A stretch of DNA of 64,000 bases from Flavobacteriaceae bacterium (GCA_947464335.1 CANHWG010000001.1:24835-88834), one strand, 5' to 3'; counted from the stretch's first letter, positions 29,529 to 39,190 are shown. Notes: generated by a model not told the origin, from the letters alone. Program-made: numbers and translations.

Positions 29529-29825
29529 ATGAAAAAATTAGCAACAACATTCGGATTATTAGCTTTAATGTTAATAGTTACGTCATTCACAACTCCAAAT
29601 GAAATTGGTGGAGGGAAGAGTTCTCAAGGTGGATTAGGAACTAGTAACGGTGGTTACGAAATCGGTGGAGGAAAAAGTTCTCAAGGAGGATTAGGAACAA
29701 GTAACGGTGGTTACGAAATCGGTGGAGGAAAAAGTTCTCAAGGAGGATTAGGAACAAGTAACGGTGGTTACGAAATCGGTGGAGGAAAAAGTTCTAACGG
29801 TGGTTTAGGTATGAACAATAACTAA
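29529..29825 (+). CDS. Secreted multi-core peptide precursor (putative signalling peptide)
   Basis: Signal peptide MKKLATTFGLLALMLIVTSF, then 3x EIGGGKSSQGGLGTSNGGY plus EIGGGKSSNGGLGMNNN; own terminator. Confidence 0.8.
   Translation: MKKLATTFGLLALMLIVTSFTTPNEIGGGKSSQGGLGTSNGGYEIGGGKSSQGGLGTSNGGYEIGGGKSSQGGLGTSNGGYEIGGGKSSNGGLGMNNN
29601..29810 (+). repeat. 57-bp coding tandem repeat, about 3.7 units
   Basis: Units start at 29601, 29658, 29715, 29772; units 2 and 3 identical; unit 1 differs at 5 synonymous sites. Confidence 0.95.
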
Positions 29826-29870
29826 TATAAATATAATATACAATATATTATATGTTTTTTATAATATTAT

Positions 29871-29900
29871 AAACCACTAATTTCTATTAGTGGTTTTTTT
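29871..29900 (+). terminator. Intrinsic terminator after the peptide gene
   Basis: aaaccactaat-ttct-attagtggttt plus T tract. Confidence 0.8.
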
Positions 29901-29920
29901 ATTGAGTTAGTTTATTACTT

Positions 29921-31990
29921 TTGTTGAAATACTATTTCCTATTGAAAGTAAAATATTTTATAATAACATTATTAGCTGTAAGTTTTGCATGTACAAAAAA
30001 GAAAGCTATCGTAGTTTCCGATAAGTCTTTTTCAGAAAATGGTTTTTACTATTTTAGATTGTCTAAATTAGAAAAGTATACAGATGAGCAGAGAATAAAT
30101 TTTCTGAACAAGGCATTCAATAATACCGCTAAACTCAAAAACAATAAAGAAAATAGAAATTTATTAGCAGATATAGTTTTCCAATACTATAACTTTGAAC
30201 TTTCGGAAGGATTTAATGAATCTTCAAAAGTATTACTCAAGAATTCAAAAGTTTCTTCGGATACTATAAATTTAGGAATGGCTTATAGATGTAGGGCAAT
30301 CTACTTTAAGAGTATTCAAAATCTGGATAGTTCTTTCATTTATTTTTCAAAAGCCGAAAAAATTTATACAAAATTAAATAATCAGTCAATTTTGGCTAAT
30401 ATATATCTAAATAAAGGTATTGTTCAGTATTTAGTTAGTGATTTTTTGGGAGCAGAATTATCATTAACAAGAGCATATTCAATTTATAAGGATTCTAAGC
30501 AAAAGGATAAACTGTATGCTACTTTTAATCAATTGGGTTTAGTTTATAATGAGTTAAATGAATATGACAAAGCTATTTTCTACCATACTAAAGCAATTGA
30601 AACAGTTAGGAAATATAATTTGCAGAGTAACGAGCATCAAGAAGCTGTCTGCTATAATAATCTTGGGTATTTATATATAAAACAAAATAAATATAAAGAT
30701 GCAATTTCAAATTTTAAATTAGGTTTAAAAGATGAAGGTATTATAAAAGATGATCCTGATTTATATGCACTTTTGATAGACAATTTAGCATATTCCAAAT
30801 TGAAAATTTCAGATAATGATGGATTGCCTAATTTATTTTATGAAGCTTTAGAAATCAGAAAAAAGTTAGGTGAACCATCAGTTATTGTTAGTAGTAATAT
30901 TAGAATATCAGAGTACTTTCAAACACAGAAAAGTATTAATGAAGCAATAAGATATGCTGAAGATGCAATTAAAGTTGCCAAAAAATCTAAGGTTCCTATT
31001 AATTTAGTATTAGCATTAAAACAAGCATCACTAGTTGATGTTAAAAAGGCATCACTATATTCATCACAATATATTCGAATAAGTGATAGTTTACAAACTG
31101 TTGAAAGAAATTCTAAAGACAGATTTAATCGTATCTCTCTCGAAACCGACGAAATCATCCAAGAAAAAGACGTCCTCGAAGACCGCAACCGCTTCTTGCT
31201 CTATGTTTTTGTAACAACTGTTATCTTAGCATCGTTATTGTTCGTCGTAAGAGCCCAACGCGCCAGAACTAGAGAATTACTTTTCAAACAAAATCAACAA
31301 AAAGCCAACGAGGAAATCTTTAACCTGATGATGTCGCAGCAATCTATAATAGACGAAAGCAGAAATAAGGAAAAGAAACGACTGGCCCAAGACTTGCACG
31401 ACGGAGTTTTAGGCAGAATGTTTGGGCTACGGCTTAACTTAGACAGTTTAAACACGAGTACCGATCCTGACGCACCACAAAAAAGACAAGAATTGTTAAA
31501 CGAGTTAAAAACCATCGAACAGGATATTCGTGAAATTTCACATGATTTAAATCGAGAAAAATTAGTTTTAATTAATAACTTTGTGTCAATTGTTCACAAT
31601 TTATTAGAAGAACAAAAAACATCGCATGAAGCTACTGTTGAGTACCAGATTGACACTAAAATTGATTGGGATAAAATAGGAAATGCCATAAAAATTAACT
31701 TGTATCGTATTTTACAAGAAGGTTTACAAAACATAAATAAGTACGCCAATGCTAAGAATATAAGGGTTGACATCAGTGCGGATACTGAAAATGTATACCT
31801 AAAAATTAAGGATGACGGAATTGGTTTTGACGTCAATAAGAAAAGCAAAGGAATTGGAATGCAAAATATGATATCAAGAACGCACGATTGCCAAGGCATC
31901 ATAGATATCAGCTCTCAAAAAGAACATGGAACTAAAATAGTAATTACTGTCCCAATAGAAACCAAAAAACCAATAATAGTAGAATCATGA
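29921..31990 (+). CDS. TPR-sensor histidine kinase (HisKA_3 / HATPase_c), HK2
   Basis: Lipobox-like SFAC, TPR motifs (NQLGLVYNELNEYDKAIFYH, YNNLGYLYIKQNKYKDAI), TM, RLAQDLHDGV, DDGIGF, GIGMQNM; TTG start uncertain. Confidence 0.9.
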   Translation: MLKYYFLLKVKYFIITLLAVSFACTKKKAIVVSDKSFSENGFYYFRLSKLEKYTDEQRINFLNKAFNNTAKLKNNKENRNLLADIVFQYYNFELSEGFNESSKVLLKNSKVSSDTINLGMAYRCRAIYFKSIQNLDSSFIYFSKAEKIYTKLNNQSILANIYLNKGIVQYLVSDFLGAELSLTRAYSIYKDSKQKDKLYATFNQLGLVYNELNEYDKAIFYHTKAIETVRKYNLQSNEHQEAVCYNNLGYLYIKQNKYKDAISNFKLGLKDEGIIKDDPDLYALLIDNLAYSKLKISDNDGLPNLFYEALEIRKKLGEPSVIVSSNIRISEYFQTQKSINEAIRYAEDAIKVAKKSKVPINLVLALKQASLVDVKKASLYSSQYIRISDSLQTVERNSKDRFNRISLETDEIIQEKDVLEDRNRFLLYVFVTTVILASLLFVVRAQRARTRELLFKQNQQKANEEIFNLMMSQQSIIDESRNKEKKRLAQDLHDGVLGRMFGLRLNLDSLNTSTDPDAPQKRQELLNELKTIEQDIREISHDLNREKLVLINNFVSIVHNLLEEQKTSHEATVEYQIDTKIDWDKIGNAIKINLYRILQEGLQNINKYANAKNIRVDISADTENVYLKIKDDGIGFDVNKKSKGIGMQNMISRTHDCQGIIDISSQKEHGTKIVITVPIETKKPIIVES

Positions 31991-32652
31991 CAACTCAAAT
32001 GAACATATTAATCGTAGACGATCATCCTTTTATTATTCAGGCGTACAAAAATGCATTAGATAAATATAGCCAACAAGGATATGAGTTTGTTATAACTCAA
32101 GCTAACAATTGTAAATCGGGATACGAAAGTATAACCGAAACAAAAACACCTTTTGACGTGGCTTTCTTTGACATCAGTATGCCAGAGTATGCCGAAAAAG
32201 GAATTTATTCGGGCGAGGATTTAGCCATGCTGATGAAAACTGAAATGCCTAGCTGCAAAATTATTTTGTTAACCATGCATACCGAATTGCTCAAAATAAA
32301 TAACATCATCAAAAATATCAATCCAAGCGGATTGGTGATTAAAAATGATTTGACATTTGACGAATTGATTTTCGCATTCGATAAAATAATGAAAAACGAA
32401 AATTATTATAGCCAAACCGTTATTAAATTAGTAGGTCAAGCCCAGTATAACAATATCGAGTTGGATGCTTTTGATAAACAAATATTGTTTCATTTGTCAA
32501 AAGGAGTAAAAACAAAAGATTTACCATTATACATTCCACTTTCTTTGAGCGCTATCGAAAAACGCAAATTAAATATTAGAGAACTACTAGAGGTAAAAGA
32601 AGGAAATGACATCGATTTAATTAATGAAGCTAAAACAAAAGGTGTCATTTAA
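31987..32652 (+). CDS. NarL/LuxR-type response regulator coupled to HK2
   Basis: VDDHP, FFDISMP, LTMH, HTH LSKGVKTKDL...LSLSAIEKRK; ATGA overlap with HK2. Confidence 0.9.
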   Translation: MTTQMNILIVDDHPFIIQAYKNALDKYSQQGYEFVITQANNCKSGYESITETKTPFDVAFFDISMPEYAEKGIYSGEDLAMLMKTEMPSCKIILLTMHTELLKINNIIKNINPSGLVIKNDLTFDELIFAFDKIMKNENYYSQTVIKLVGQAQYNNIELDAFDKQILFHLSKGVKTKDLPLYIPLSLSAIEKRKLNIRELLEVKEGNDIDLINEAKTKGVI

Positions 32653-32782
32653 CGATAATACGGGAAACCGTAACAATCATTCAAAATACTAAGCTTACCT
32701 TAGCACAAGATTTTTAGGGTAATCTAGTAGATTATCGTAGTGAGACACTTTGTTTGGCTACTTAATTTATGAAACTCAAGGG

Positions 32783-32813
32783 AAAAAGCGATACTTTCGG
32801 GTGTCGCTTTTTT
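32783..32813. terminator. Bidirectional terminator
   Basis: aaaaagcgatac-tttcgg-gtgtcgcttttt. Confidence 0.75.
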
Positions 32814-32818
32814 ATAAA

Positions 32819-33343
32819 TCAAAATCGATATCCTGCAGAAATACCTAATCTTCCAATTAATTCAAAATCTCTATCATATTGATTGTTAAAAAGATTTCGC
32901 CCAACTCCACCATTAATTTCCAATAGCAATCCATTTTTGGTGACCCATTTTCCGCCAAGACCAATACCAAGGGCAAAGTCGGTAAGAGTTTTTTCTTCAT
33001 AATATCCAACACCATCATTATAAACGTAATCATCAACGTTATTAAGCATCCCGAAAGCTTCTCCAAAAAATCCCGCGGCAGGTTTCTGGCCAAAATAGTA
33101 TCGGTAATATCCTGTAAATGTGTAATTAATATCCCAATTTTTAGTATCAAAAGGTAAATTTACGCCAATCCCAAGGGCAGATTCCTCGTTTAGAATTCTT
33201 TCATAGGAAACATCAAAACTTCCAAAAACTAACAATAATGCATTTGCTTTTAATTCGTTTCTGCTAAAATCATATTTTTTTACCTCTTGACTTTTGGCAA
33301 TGGATGAGCATAATAAAAAGGCACCTACAATTATTTTTTTCAT
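32819..33343 (-). CDS. DUF3575-like outer-membrane beta-barrel protein
   Basis: Signal peptide, NELKANAL, SYERIL, GLGGKW, C-terminal ISAGYRF. Confidence 0.7.
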   Translation of the reverse strand: MKKIIVGAFLLCSSIAKSQEVKKYDFSRNELKANALLLVFGSFDVSYERILNEESALGIGVNLPFDTKNWDINYTFTGYYRYYFGQKPAAGFFGEAFGMLNNVDDYVYNDGVGYYEEKTLTDFALGIGLGGKWVTKNGLLLEINGGVGRNLFNNQYDRDFELIGRLGISAGYRF

Positions 33344-33420
33344 TGTTTTTTTCTCAAAACTATAGATTCAACAAATAGGATAAATTAATTTAACATTAAA
33401 TATAATTATTTTTAACGGTA

Positions 33421-34464
33421 CTATTGTAGAGCATCCCAACCGCGCGCTTTTAACGGAATCTTAGTATTCGCGCGCGTAATTAAATGAATGCCTTCACTTT
33501 CTTGGGTTAAATGTCCTATAACCGTAAAGTTGGGATTGGCTTTTATTTTGTCGAAGTCATCTAAAGCAATTGTGAATAGCAATTCATAATCTTCTCCGCC
33601 ATTAATGGCAACGGTAGTGCTATCGATGTTAAATTCCTCACACACATTTATAAACTGCGGATCTACCGGAATTTTCTCTTCGTATAAATTACAGCCAACC
33701 TTCGATTGTTTACAAATATGAATTATCTCTGAAGATAGACCATCCGAAATATCAATCATTGCGTTGGGCTTTACTTCTAATTTACTAAGCAATTCTTTAA
33801 TATCATGCCGTGCTTCTGGTTTTAATTGACGTTCAATCAGATATGAATAGCCATCCAAATCGGGTTGATTATTCGGATTAATTTGAAAAACTTGCTTTTC
33901 GCGCTCCAAAATTTGCAATCCCATATAAGCTGAACCTAAATCGCCAGTGACAACCAATAAATCGCCATTTTTAGCACCATCTCTATATACAATGTCAACC
34001 TCATTTGCCTCGCCAATTGCGGTAATCGAAATGATTAATCCTTTCTGGGATGATGTGGTGTCACCTCCAATGACATCAACATTATAAAACTTAGCTGCCA
34101 ACGCAATTCCATCAAACAATTCTTCTAAAGCTTCTAAAGGAAAGCGATTAGAAACTGCCACCGAAACGGTAATTTGAGTTGCTCTGGCATTCATGGCACA
34201 AATGTCAGATACATTCACAACAACGGCCTTGTAACCTAAATGACGCAAAGGCATATACGACAAATCAAAGTGAACACCTTCAATCAATAAATCGGTGGAA
34301 ACTACGACTTGTTTATCTTTGAAATTTAACACAGCACCATCGTCACCAATACTTTTTAGTGTTGAGGGTTGTTTTACATCAAAATTTTTCGTCAAATGTT
34401 CGATTAATCCAAATTCACCTAATTGTGAAAGTGCCGTTCGTTGAGGTGTTTTATCTTCTAACAT
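33421..34464 (-). CDS. thiL: Thiamine-monophosphate kinase
   Basis: GEFGLI, IGDDGAV, STDLLIEGVHF, NVSDICAM, GGDTT, IDISDGL, GGEDYEL. Confidence 0.95.
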   Translation of the reverse strand: MLEDKTPQRTALSQLGEFGLIEHLTKNFDVKQPSTLKSIGDDGAVLNFKDKQVVVSTDLLIEGVHFDLSYMPLRHLGYKAVVVNVSDICAMNARATQITVSVAVSNRFPLEALEELFDGIALAAKFYNVDVIGGDTTSSQKGLIISITAIGEANEVDIVYRDGAKNGDLLVVTGDLGSAYMGLQILEREKQVFQINPNNQPDLDGYSYLIERQLKPEARHDIKELLSKLEVKPNAMIDISDGLSSEIIHICKQSKVGCNLYEEKIPVDPQFINVCEEFNIDSTTVAINGGEDYELLFTIALDDFDKIKANPNFTVIGHLTQESEGIHLITRANTKIPLKARGWDALQ

Positions 34465-34661
34465 GATTTTTTTGGAAAAGCGTAAGCGCTAAAGTCAATA
34501 TTTTATTTATAAATTTTAAGATTTCAAAGGTACAAAGTTTTTAATGCAAGATTTTTTGTTTTATTGGTTTCAGTTTTAGTATTTTTAAAAAATTAACATC
34601 GTAGTGTAACAAACTTATTTTTGGAACACAAATAGGAGTAAAAATTAATAAATAATATAGT

Positions 34662-35537
34662 ATGAAATTGCAGATAAACAATTTAACAAAAACATATTCG
34701 AATGGTGTTAAAGCACTGGACAATCTTAATTTAGAAATAGGAACTGGAATGTTTGGACTACTTGGTCCAAATGGTGCCGGTAAGTCTTCCTTAATGCGAA
34801 CCATTGCCACTTTGCAAAAACCCGATTCAGGTTCTATAGTTTTTGATGGTATTGATATTCTCAATAATCAAATGGATTTGAGAAAAGTGCTAGGCTATTT
34901 GCCACAAGAGTTTGGCGTTTATCCCAATATGTCTGCTGAAAGTTTGCTCGATTATTTTGCTCGTCTAAAAGGAGTATCCTTGCAAAAAGAACGCGATGCT
35001 ATTGTTAAAGAAGTTTTGGAAGTTACCAATTTGTATGACGTTCGAAAAAAATATGTTAGTGGCTATTCTGGTGGAATGAAACAACGTTTTGGAATAGCTC
35101 AATTATTATTAAACAATCCAAAATTGATTATTGTTGATGAACCTACCGCCGGTTTGGATCCAGCTGAAAGGCATCGTTTTTTAAATGTTTTAAGAGAAAT
35201 AGGAACCAACAATACCGTTATTTTTTCTACCCATATCGTTGATGACGTAAAAGAATTGTGTAACGAAATGGCGATACTCAACGGCGGAAAAATTTTAACC
35301 CAAAATACGCCAAAAGGCGCAGCTGAAAGCTTGTTGGGAAAAATTTGGACAAAAGCAATAACCAGAGAAGAATTAGAACAAAATGAAAATCAATTTAATG
35401 TAATTTCTTCAAATTATAACGATGACAATACACTCAATATTAAAGTGTATAGTGATGAAAAGCCAAGCGAGAGCTTTGTAATTTGCCAACCTCAGTTGGA
35501 AGATGTTTATTTTGTTGCACTAAAATCGGATCAATAA
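34662..35537 (+). CDS. ABC transporter ATP-binding protein
   Basis: GPNGAGKS, YSGGMKQR, IVDEPT, STH. Confidence 0.92.
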   Translation: MKLQINNLTKTYSNGVKALDNLNLEIGTGMFGLLGPNGAGKSSLMRTIATLQKPDSGSIVFDGIDILNNQMDLRKVLGYLPQEFGVYPNMSAESLLDYFARLKGVSLQKERDAIVKEVLEVTNLYDVRKKYVSGYSGGMKQRFGIAQLLLNNPKLIIVDEPTAGLDPAERHRFLNVLREIGTNNTVIFSTHIVDDVKELCNEMAILNGGKILTQNTPKGAAESLLGKIWTKAITREELEQNENQFNVISSNYNDDNTLNIKVYSDEKPSESFVICQPQLEDVYFVALKSDQ

Positions 35538-35538
35538 G

Positions 35539-38500
35539 ATGTTTGGAACATTATTTACTTTCGAGCTAAAAAGATGGCTTAAAAATCCCACTTTTTATAT
35601 TTTTTGCGGAATTTTCTTTGCACTATCCTTGTTTTTAATGGCAAGTTCATTGGGTGTTTTTGATAGTTTTAAAACCACTACGGTATCTAATACTTATTCA
35701 AATTCTCCAATTGCTATTAACAATATGTTAAATGGATTATCACTCTTTATTTATTTTTTGTTGCCAACTATCGTTGGCGCATCCGTTTATAGAGATTTTA
35801 AATACAATATGCATACAATACTGTTCTCTTATCCGTTTACCAAAAGCGACTATATGTTTGGTAAATTTTTGAGTTCAATATCAGTTGTAATTTTAATAAC
35901 TCTTTGTGCCGGATTGGGAACATTTGCCGCTTGTTTTTTGCCCGGTGTAAATCCAGATTTACTCGGTCCACATAAGTTTTCAGCGTATTGGCAGAGTTAT
36001 CTCATTTTTATTATTCCTAATATTTTATTCTATGGTGTAATCATTTTTTCGGTAGTAACAATTACACGAAATGTTGTGGTTGGTTTTATATCAGTAATTG
36101 GTTTGTTTTTCATACAAGGTATTTTAGGCAATTTTACCGAGGAAGCTGAGAATAAATATTTGATTTCGTTATTTGATCCTTTTGGCTCTGATGCTTTAAA
36201 TTATTATACTAAGTACTGGACCGTTTTTGAAAAAAACGCCAATGATTTACCTTTTGAAGGCGCATTAATTTATAATCGATTGATTTGGCTTGGAATATCG
36301 GTTCTGATTTTTATTTTAATTTATCGTTCCTTTTCTTTTTCGCAAACATCACTTTCTTTAAGGAAAAGTAAAAACGAAGAACGAATCGTTAAAAATAATT
36401 TCGGAAGTATTACACGGATTAATTTACCTAAAGTATCTTTTGACTTCTCATTTATGCAACAACTAAAAACAGCTTGGAATTTATCCAATGTTGATTTAAA
36501 GTTTATGGTAAAAAACTGGGTTTTTATTGCAGTTATTATCGTAGGGCTGCTATTTGCATTTATAACGTTAAATTTTTCAGGGACAATTTTTGGTACAGAA
36601 ACGTATCCTGTTACTTGGCAAATGCTTCAATTTGCTGGAGGAATTTTTAGCACGTTTATTAATTTAATGACATTTTTATTTACAGGAATAATCATTCATC
36701 GAGGTAGAAATACTAGAATGAATTTTTTAATAGATGCAACTCCAACAAAAAACTGGGCAATACTTTTATCCAAATTTATAGCCATAGTAAAAATGCAAAT
36801 GATATTGCTATCAATTGTCTTGGTTTCTGGGGTAATTTATCAAGCGTCAAATGGGTTTTTTGATTTTGAAATTGGACATTATTTATTTGAATTGTATGTG
36901 TTGATTTTATTTAATTGTATAATTTGGGCATTATTAGCCATTTTTATACAATCATTACTAAAAAACTATCTTTTGGGCTTTTTCATACTTATGATTTTGT
37001 CCATAGGTTTAAGTTTCCTTCCAATATTTGGTATCGAACAACAAATTTTTGTGTTTAATAGCGATACCGGTTATTCCTATTCTGATATGAATGGTTACGG
37101 CCATCGATTGAATGTGTATTTTGTATATAAAACCTATTGGTTATTACTTGGAATTGTACTGTTTATAATCAGTTTGTTGTTTTATGTTCGTGGAATTGGA
37201 CAATCGGTACGTGGCAGATTAAATGATGCCAAAAATCGATTGACAAAAACTTTGGCTATTCCAATGCTTTTAGCTTTTGTTGGTTTTATAGCCATCGGAA
37301 GTACGATATATTATTATGATAATATCAAAAACGAAAATAAGACCGGTCAAGAATTTGAAATGGAAACGGCAAATTGGGAGAAAAAATATAAAAAGTACCA
37401 AAACAATCCACAACCCAGAATTATAGATATCAATGTGGCTTTGGATATATACCCAAAAGAACGGAATTATGTAGCCAAAGGAACGTATATTCTTAAAAAT
37501 AAATCATCCGTTGTTATTGATACCATTTTTGTTGATTATACAAAGAAAACAAAACTCGATTTTAATGCCAAAGTAAAATTAGTTTCTAAGGATACGGTGT
37601 ATAATTTTAATATCTATCAATTGGAAAAACCTTTACAACCGGGTGAAACGATATCATTAAATTTTGAAATAAAAAACGACCCCAATACAATCCTAGAAGA
37701 CAATTCTCCGATTCTCGAAAACGGCACATTCATAAACAATCAAAATTTCCCAAGTATTGGTTATAATGCTGACGGCGAATTGACCGATGACGATTTGCGT
37801 AAAAAATACGGATTGAAACCTAAAGATAGAATGCCCTTTCCAACCGACTCAATTGCAAGACAAAATAACTACATAAGTTATGATGCTGATTGGATAAAGT
37901 TTGAAACTACAGTCAGTACCGCTGACGATCAAATAGCCATTGCCCCAGGATATCTTCAAAAGCAATGGAAAAAAGAAGGAAGAAATTATTTTCATTATAA
38001 AATGGATCGTCCAATGCTGAACTTCTATGCCTATAACTCGGCTCGTTACGAGGTAAAACGAGATCAATGGAAAGGTGTCAATATTGAGATTTATTACCAC
38101 AAAGGGCATAAATATAATGTCGACCGAATGGTTTCGGCAATTAAAAAATCTTTAGATTATTATACTAAAAATTTTAGTCCATACCAGCATAAGCAAGTTC
38201 GAGTAATCGAATTTCCAAATGCAATGGGAATGTTTGCGCAGTCGTTTGCTAACACCATACCTTTTTCGGAAGCGATAGGATTTATTGCTGCCGTTGATGA
38301 TGAAAATCAAGATGCGGTAGATTATCCTTTCTCGGTTACTTCACACGAAGTCGCACACCAATGGTTTGCTCATCAGGTAATTGGCGCCAATGTTCAAGGT
38401 GCTACCTTACTTTCGGAAAGCTTATCAGAATACAGTTCACTTAAAGTTTTAGAACACACGTACGGGAAATCACAAATGCGACGCTTTTTAAAAGATGCTC

Positions 38501-39186
38501 TAGATAAATATTTGCAAGGAAGAACTTTTGAAAGCGACAGAGAACAACCCTTAATGTATAATGAAAACCAACAATACATTCATTACAACAAAGGTTCGTT
38601 GGTACTTTATGCATTGAGTGATTATATCGGAGAACAAAAAATGAATAATGCCATAAAAGCATATATTCAAAAAGTGGCCTATCAAGAAGCACCTTATACC
38701 AACTCGATTGAGTTTGTATCGTATTTAAACCAAGCGACACCCGATAGTTTAAAGTATATTATAAATGATATGTTTGAAACCATTACTTTATATGACAATA
38801 AAGTGACAAATGCTTCTTACAAGAAACTTAAAAACGGGAACTATGAAGTAACCATCAATTTTGATGTTACAAAGTACAAAGCGAACGAAGAAGGAAGAAG
38901 AACGTATAAAAACGAGCTAGGGAAAACGCTTAAAGTAACCAAAAAAGGGAAAAAATATGCAACCGAATCCTATCCGTTGAATGATTATATTGAAATCGGT
39001 ATTTTTAGCGAAGAAACGGTGAAAAACAAAAAGCGCGACAAAGAATTGTATTTAAAGAAAGTAAAAGTAACTGGTATCGAAAATCAAGTAAAACTCATTG
39101 TTAAAGAAAAACCAATTGAAGTTGGTGTTGATCCGTATAACAAATTAATTGACACTCAAAGTGATGATAATAGAATAAAGATTTAA
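35539..39186 (+). CDS. ABC-2 type permease fused to M1-family aminopeptidase
   Basis: Multi-TM N-terminal half; FAQSF, HEVAHQWF, SESLSEY, YNKG zinc-aminopeptidase motifs. Confidence 0.88.
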   Translation: MFGTLFTFELKRWLKNPTFYIFCGIFFALSLFLMASSLGVFDSFKTTTVSNTYSNSPIAINNMLNGLSLFIYFLLPTIVGASVYRDFKYNMHTILFSYPFTKSDYMFGKFLSSISVVILITLCAGLGTFAACFLPGVNPDLLGPHKFSAYWQSYLIFIIPNILFYGVIIFSVVTITRNVVVGFISVIGLFFIQGILGNFTEEAENKYLISLFDPFGSDALNYYTKYWTVFEKNANDLPFEGALIYNRLIWLGISVLIFILIYRSFSFSQTSLSLRKSKNEERIVKNNFGSITRINLPKVSFDFSFMQQLKTAWNLSNVDLKFMVKNWVFIAVIIVGLLFAFITLNFSGTIFGTETYPVTWQMLQFAGGIFSTFINLMTFLFTGIIIHRGRNTRMNFLIDATPTKNWAILLSKFIAIVKMQMILLSIVLVSGVIYQASNGFFDFEIGHYLFELYVLILFNCIIWALLAIFIQSLLKNYLLGFFILMILSIGLSFLPIFGIEQQIFVFNSDTGYSYSDMNGYGHRLNVYFVYKTYWLLLGIVLFIISLLFYVRGIGQSVRGRLNDAKNRLTKTLAIPMLLAFVGFIAIGSTIYYYDNIKNENKTGQEFEMETANWEKKYKKYQNNPQPRIIDINVALDIYPKERNYVAKGTYILKNKSSVVIDTIFVDYTKKTKLDFNAKVKLVSKDTVYNFNIYQLEKPLQPGETISLNFEIKNDPNTILEDNSPILENGTFINNQNFPSIGYNADGELTDDDLRKKYGLKPKDRMPFPTDSIARQNNYISYDADWIKFETTVSTADDQIAIAPGYLQKQWKKEGRNYFHYKMDRPMLNFYAYNSARYEVKRDQWKGVNIEIYYHKGHKYNVDRMVSAIKKSLDYYTKNFSPYQHKQVRVIEFPNAMGMFAQSFANTIPFSEAIGFIAAVDDENQDAVDYPFSVTSHEVAHQWFAHQVIGANVQGATLLSESLSEYSSLKVLEHTYGKSQMRRFLKDALDKYLQGRTFESDREQPLMYNENQQYIHYNKGSLVLYALSDYIGEQKMNNAIKAYIQKVAYQEAPYTNSIEFVSYLNQATPDSLKYIINDMFETITLYDNKVTNASYKKLKNGNYEVTINFDVTKYKANEEGRRTYKNELGKTLKVTKKGKKYATESYPLNDYIEIGIFSEETVKNKKRDKELYLKKVKVTGIENQVKLIVKEKPIEVGVDPYNKLIDTQSDDNRIKI

Positions 39187-39190
39187 AACT

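Noticed and set aside
29601-29810. 57-bp tandem repeat as a CRISPR array
   Set aside because: No unique spacers, unit length is a multiple of 3, differences are synonymous within an ORF, and no cas genes are present
29529-29825. Repeat peptide as a modified RiPP (microviridin, lanthipeptide, rSAM)
   Set aside because: Has a Sec-type signal rather than a RiPP leader, no Cys, and no modifying enzyme or peptidase-ABC exporter nearby; trans-acting enzymes cannot be excluded
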